A stretch of DNA of 64,000 nucleotides from Candidatus Aenigmatarchaeota archaeon (lineage in GTDB: Archaea; Aenigmatarchaeota; Aenigmatarchaeia; Aenigmatarchaeales; JACQIB01), in NCBI GenBank assembly GCA_016198755.1, contig JACQIB010000004.1:91192-155191 (forward strand), written 5' to 3'. The position numbers and the translations under genes are program-made. The notes below the pieces were generated by a model. It had not been told where the DNA came from and made no database searches. It worked only from the letters and a program-made list of their open reading frames with translations. This document shows, piece after piece, positions 62,682 through 64,000 of the stretch (the first letter of the stretch is position 1; the number at the start of each line of letters is the position of its first letter).

Positions 62682-63629
62682 ATGAAAGAAGAAAATCTGC
62701 TTGGGATGGTTGGGAAGGAGTACTTAGTTTCCCATTCTATTCTGGGAAAGGATTTGGAAAGTTCAACCGGTCTCTTTTTTGGGATTGGGTTGAGCAACAA
62801 GGAAACTGTTACTAAAGATTTACCTTTTGATGTGATAGGTATGGTACTGGCAGGGGAGCTGGTAAAGAGGAATCTGGGGCTTGAAAGCGCTACTGTTCTT
62901 GTAGCTGATGAACATGCAAAAACAAACGGCTTTGATCCGCGGGAGATAGATAAGATAGCGCTGGAAAGGAGGGGGGAGCTTTCAAAAGCAGTAGAGAAGC
63001 TTGGTTTTGTGGGCTGGGATGTTGTGCTTGCCTCAGAGATGTCTAAGGAGCCTTTATACGCAGAAGTACTTTCTTCTGTCGGGACTGGGAACGGTTATGA
63101 GAAGTTTCAGACTGCAAATGTTGAACATTTCAGGAGACTGGGAAAGGGAATAAAGATTGGATGGATGCATGAGGGAATGGAACGTGATGAGAGGAGGTTT
63201 GATATGCTTTACAGCTCTGCTTTTGGAGACCGGGAAACATTTATTTACACGAAGGCTGGGAGAGCTCTGGATGGAACTCCTCTCCCTCCATACTTACACT
63301 CCCCAACAAGGGGCAGGCTGTTCCTAAAGGAGGGGGAAGATATAAAAGGAAAAGTGAAAAGTATGCCAAGAGCTGTTGTAAAGCATTACATTAAGGTACT
63401 GAAGTGCCTTTCGGTTCTTCATGGTGAGACATTTATAGAGAGAGACACGTACGCTGCATCTGATAGCTTGGCAGCTGGGCTAAAACAGGTGTATAGCTCA
63501 ATATTCGGGTATTTTGGCCCGCAAGGGTCTATAATTTTTTATATAAAATTTATATTGGTATATAGGAAGAAGCCTCAGTTTAGGCTATTCATATTTCAAT
63601 TAGTGAATGTAGTGGGAACATTTATATAG
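62682..63629 (+). CDS. Hypothetical protein; by-eye remote similarity to the class Ic (TyrRS/TrpRS-like) Rossmann domain without HIGH or KMSKS
   Basis: The ATG lies 1 nt after the racemase stop. VLVADEHAKTNGFDPREIDKI..., GIKIGWMHEGMERDERRFDML and GRALDGTP...GRLFLKEGEDIKGKVKS are colinear with LLADLHAYLNQKGELDEIRKI, GVDVAVGGMEQRKIHML and [33 protein letters not shown] of M. jannaschii TyrRS, which I recalled from memory. Confidence 0.3.
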   Translation: MKEENLLGMVGKEYLVSHSILGKDLESSTGLFFGIGLSNKETVTKDLPFDVIGMVLAGELVKRNLGLESATVLVADEHAKTNGFDPREIDKIALERRGELSKAVEKLGFVGWDVVLASEMSKEPLYAEVLSSVGTGNGYEKFQTANVEHFRRLGKGIKIGWMHEGMERDERRFDMLYSSAFGDRETFIYTKAGRALDGTPLPPYLHSPTRGRLFLKEGEDIKGKVKSMPRAVVKHYIKVLKCLSVLHGETFIERDTYAASDSLAAGLKQVYSSIFGYFGPQGSIIFYIKFILVYRKKPQFRLFIFQLVNVVGTFI

Positions 63630-63660
63630 TAGTGGGAACATATAAATACCTATGGGAACA
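63609..63660 (+). promoter_or_regulatory. Three TGGGAACA-containing repeats phased at exactly 20 bp, interleaved with TATA-like boxes
   Basis: GTAGTGGGAACAT occurs at 63609-63621 and at 63629-63641, and TATGGGAACA at 63651-63660. TTTATATA (63621-63628) and TATAAATA (63641-63648) lie between them. The third copy contains the ATG at 63652 of the downstream HTH gene. Confidence 0.55.
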
Positions 63661-64000
63661 AATCTGCTATCGCCCATAGCACTTCGTCTAATACATACTC
63701 TCCTAGTTAAAGTTAGAGCATCCCCTTTCCAAGGCTCCGAGGCATATTCTACCCTGAAAATATCAGGGCTAAAAGGCCATCCAGAAGCCCTTGAAAGGGG
63801 TCAATCGTTTGAAGCTCTTACAAAACCACCTTCGGTTAGGGACATATCAAAATTGGCAAACATACCGCTTTCCAAGTGCTCCTCTTATCTCAGTGCTCTG
63901 GAGAAGATTGGGTATATACAGAGAAGACCCAGACTTATGATAATAGATAGAAGAATGGTCTATATACTAGCATATTGCTATCCTTTAAGGAGTATACCGT
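63652..64000 (+). CDS. HTH-domain protein, 5' part only (runs off the window)
   Basis: The frame is open for 116 codons from the ATG at 63652 to the window edge. The product is MGTNLLSPIALRLIHTLLVKVRA... with the HTH-like VRDISKLANIPLSKCSSYLSALEKIGYIQ. The TATA box at 63621-63628 is centred about 27 nt upstream. Confidence 0.45.
   Translation, partial: MGTNLLSPIALRLIHTLLVKVRASPFQGSEAYSTLKISGLKGHPEALERGQSFEALTKPPSVRDISKLANIPLSKCSSYLSALEKIGYIQRRPRLMIIDRRMVYILAYCYPLRSIP

Noticed and set aside
1-64000. I searched for tRNA, rRNA, transposase, integrase and phage genes.
   Set aside because: No cloverleaf-like GC-rich segments with a GGTTCGAATC-type T-arm, no rRNA-like stretches and no DDE or tyrosine-recombinase motifs were seen in any ORF translation. 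A by-eye scan cannot exclude small or unusual RNAs.

Overview
The window is an archaeal chromosomal segment. The hallmark genes are RFC small subunit, TFS, RpoL, ribosomal protein L10e/uL16, Dph2, a Sec11-type signal peptidase and an AK6/Fap7-like kinase. AAGCTTTATATA-like BRE/TATA boxes sit about 23-28 nt upstream of many ATGs, so most transcripts look leaderless. I saw no rRNA, tRNA, CRISPR array, transposase or integrase.

Housekeeping content:
- A complete, tightly overlapping suf operon (A-type carrier, sufC, sufB, sufD, sufS) on the minus strand. Its sufB carries a 388-aa LAGLIDADG intein.
- A SufU/IscU-like scaffold, endonuclease III, IMP dehydrogenase, RNase HII, an M24 peptidase, a rhomboid protease, an M50 protease, a TraB-family protein, aspartate racemase, several HAD hydrolases and two methyltransferases.

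Accessory content:
1. A 15-kb, seven-gene, same-strand locus (33291-48542) of Sec-secreted proteins. It is built around a 2708-aa modular protein containing a 2.28-kb tandem in-frame duplication. The last ~170 aa of that protein are homologous to the small protein encoded immediately downstream. I propose this as a candidate non-type-IV adhesive filament or adhesion system.
2. Three paralogous wHTH-nucleotidyltransferase/HEPN toxin-antitoxin-like pairs, each with its own promoter-embedded repeat or palindrome, plus one VapBC pair.
3. A second surface-protein cluster (52408-58954). Its 971-aa product contains about 33 uninterrupted pentapeptide repeats.
4. A four-gene operon of small N-terminally anchored, pilin-like proteins (6186-7921).
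5. A putative three-gene unit: a frameshifted wHTH gene, aspartate racemase, and a degenerate TyrRS-like paralog lacking HIGH and KMSKS (61675-63629).

All functional calls rest on motifs read by eye from the ORF translations. No database search was possible.
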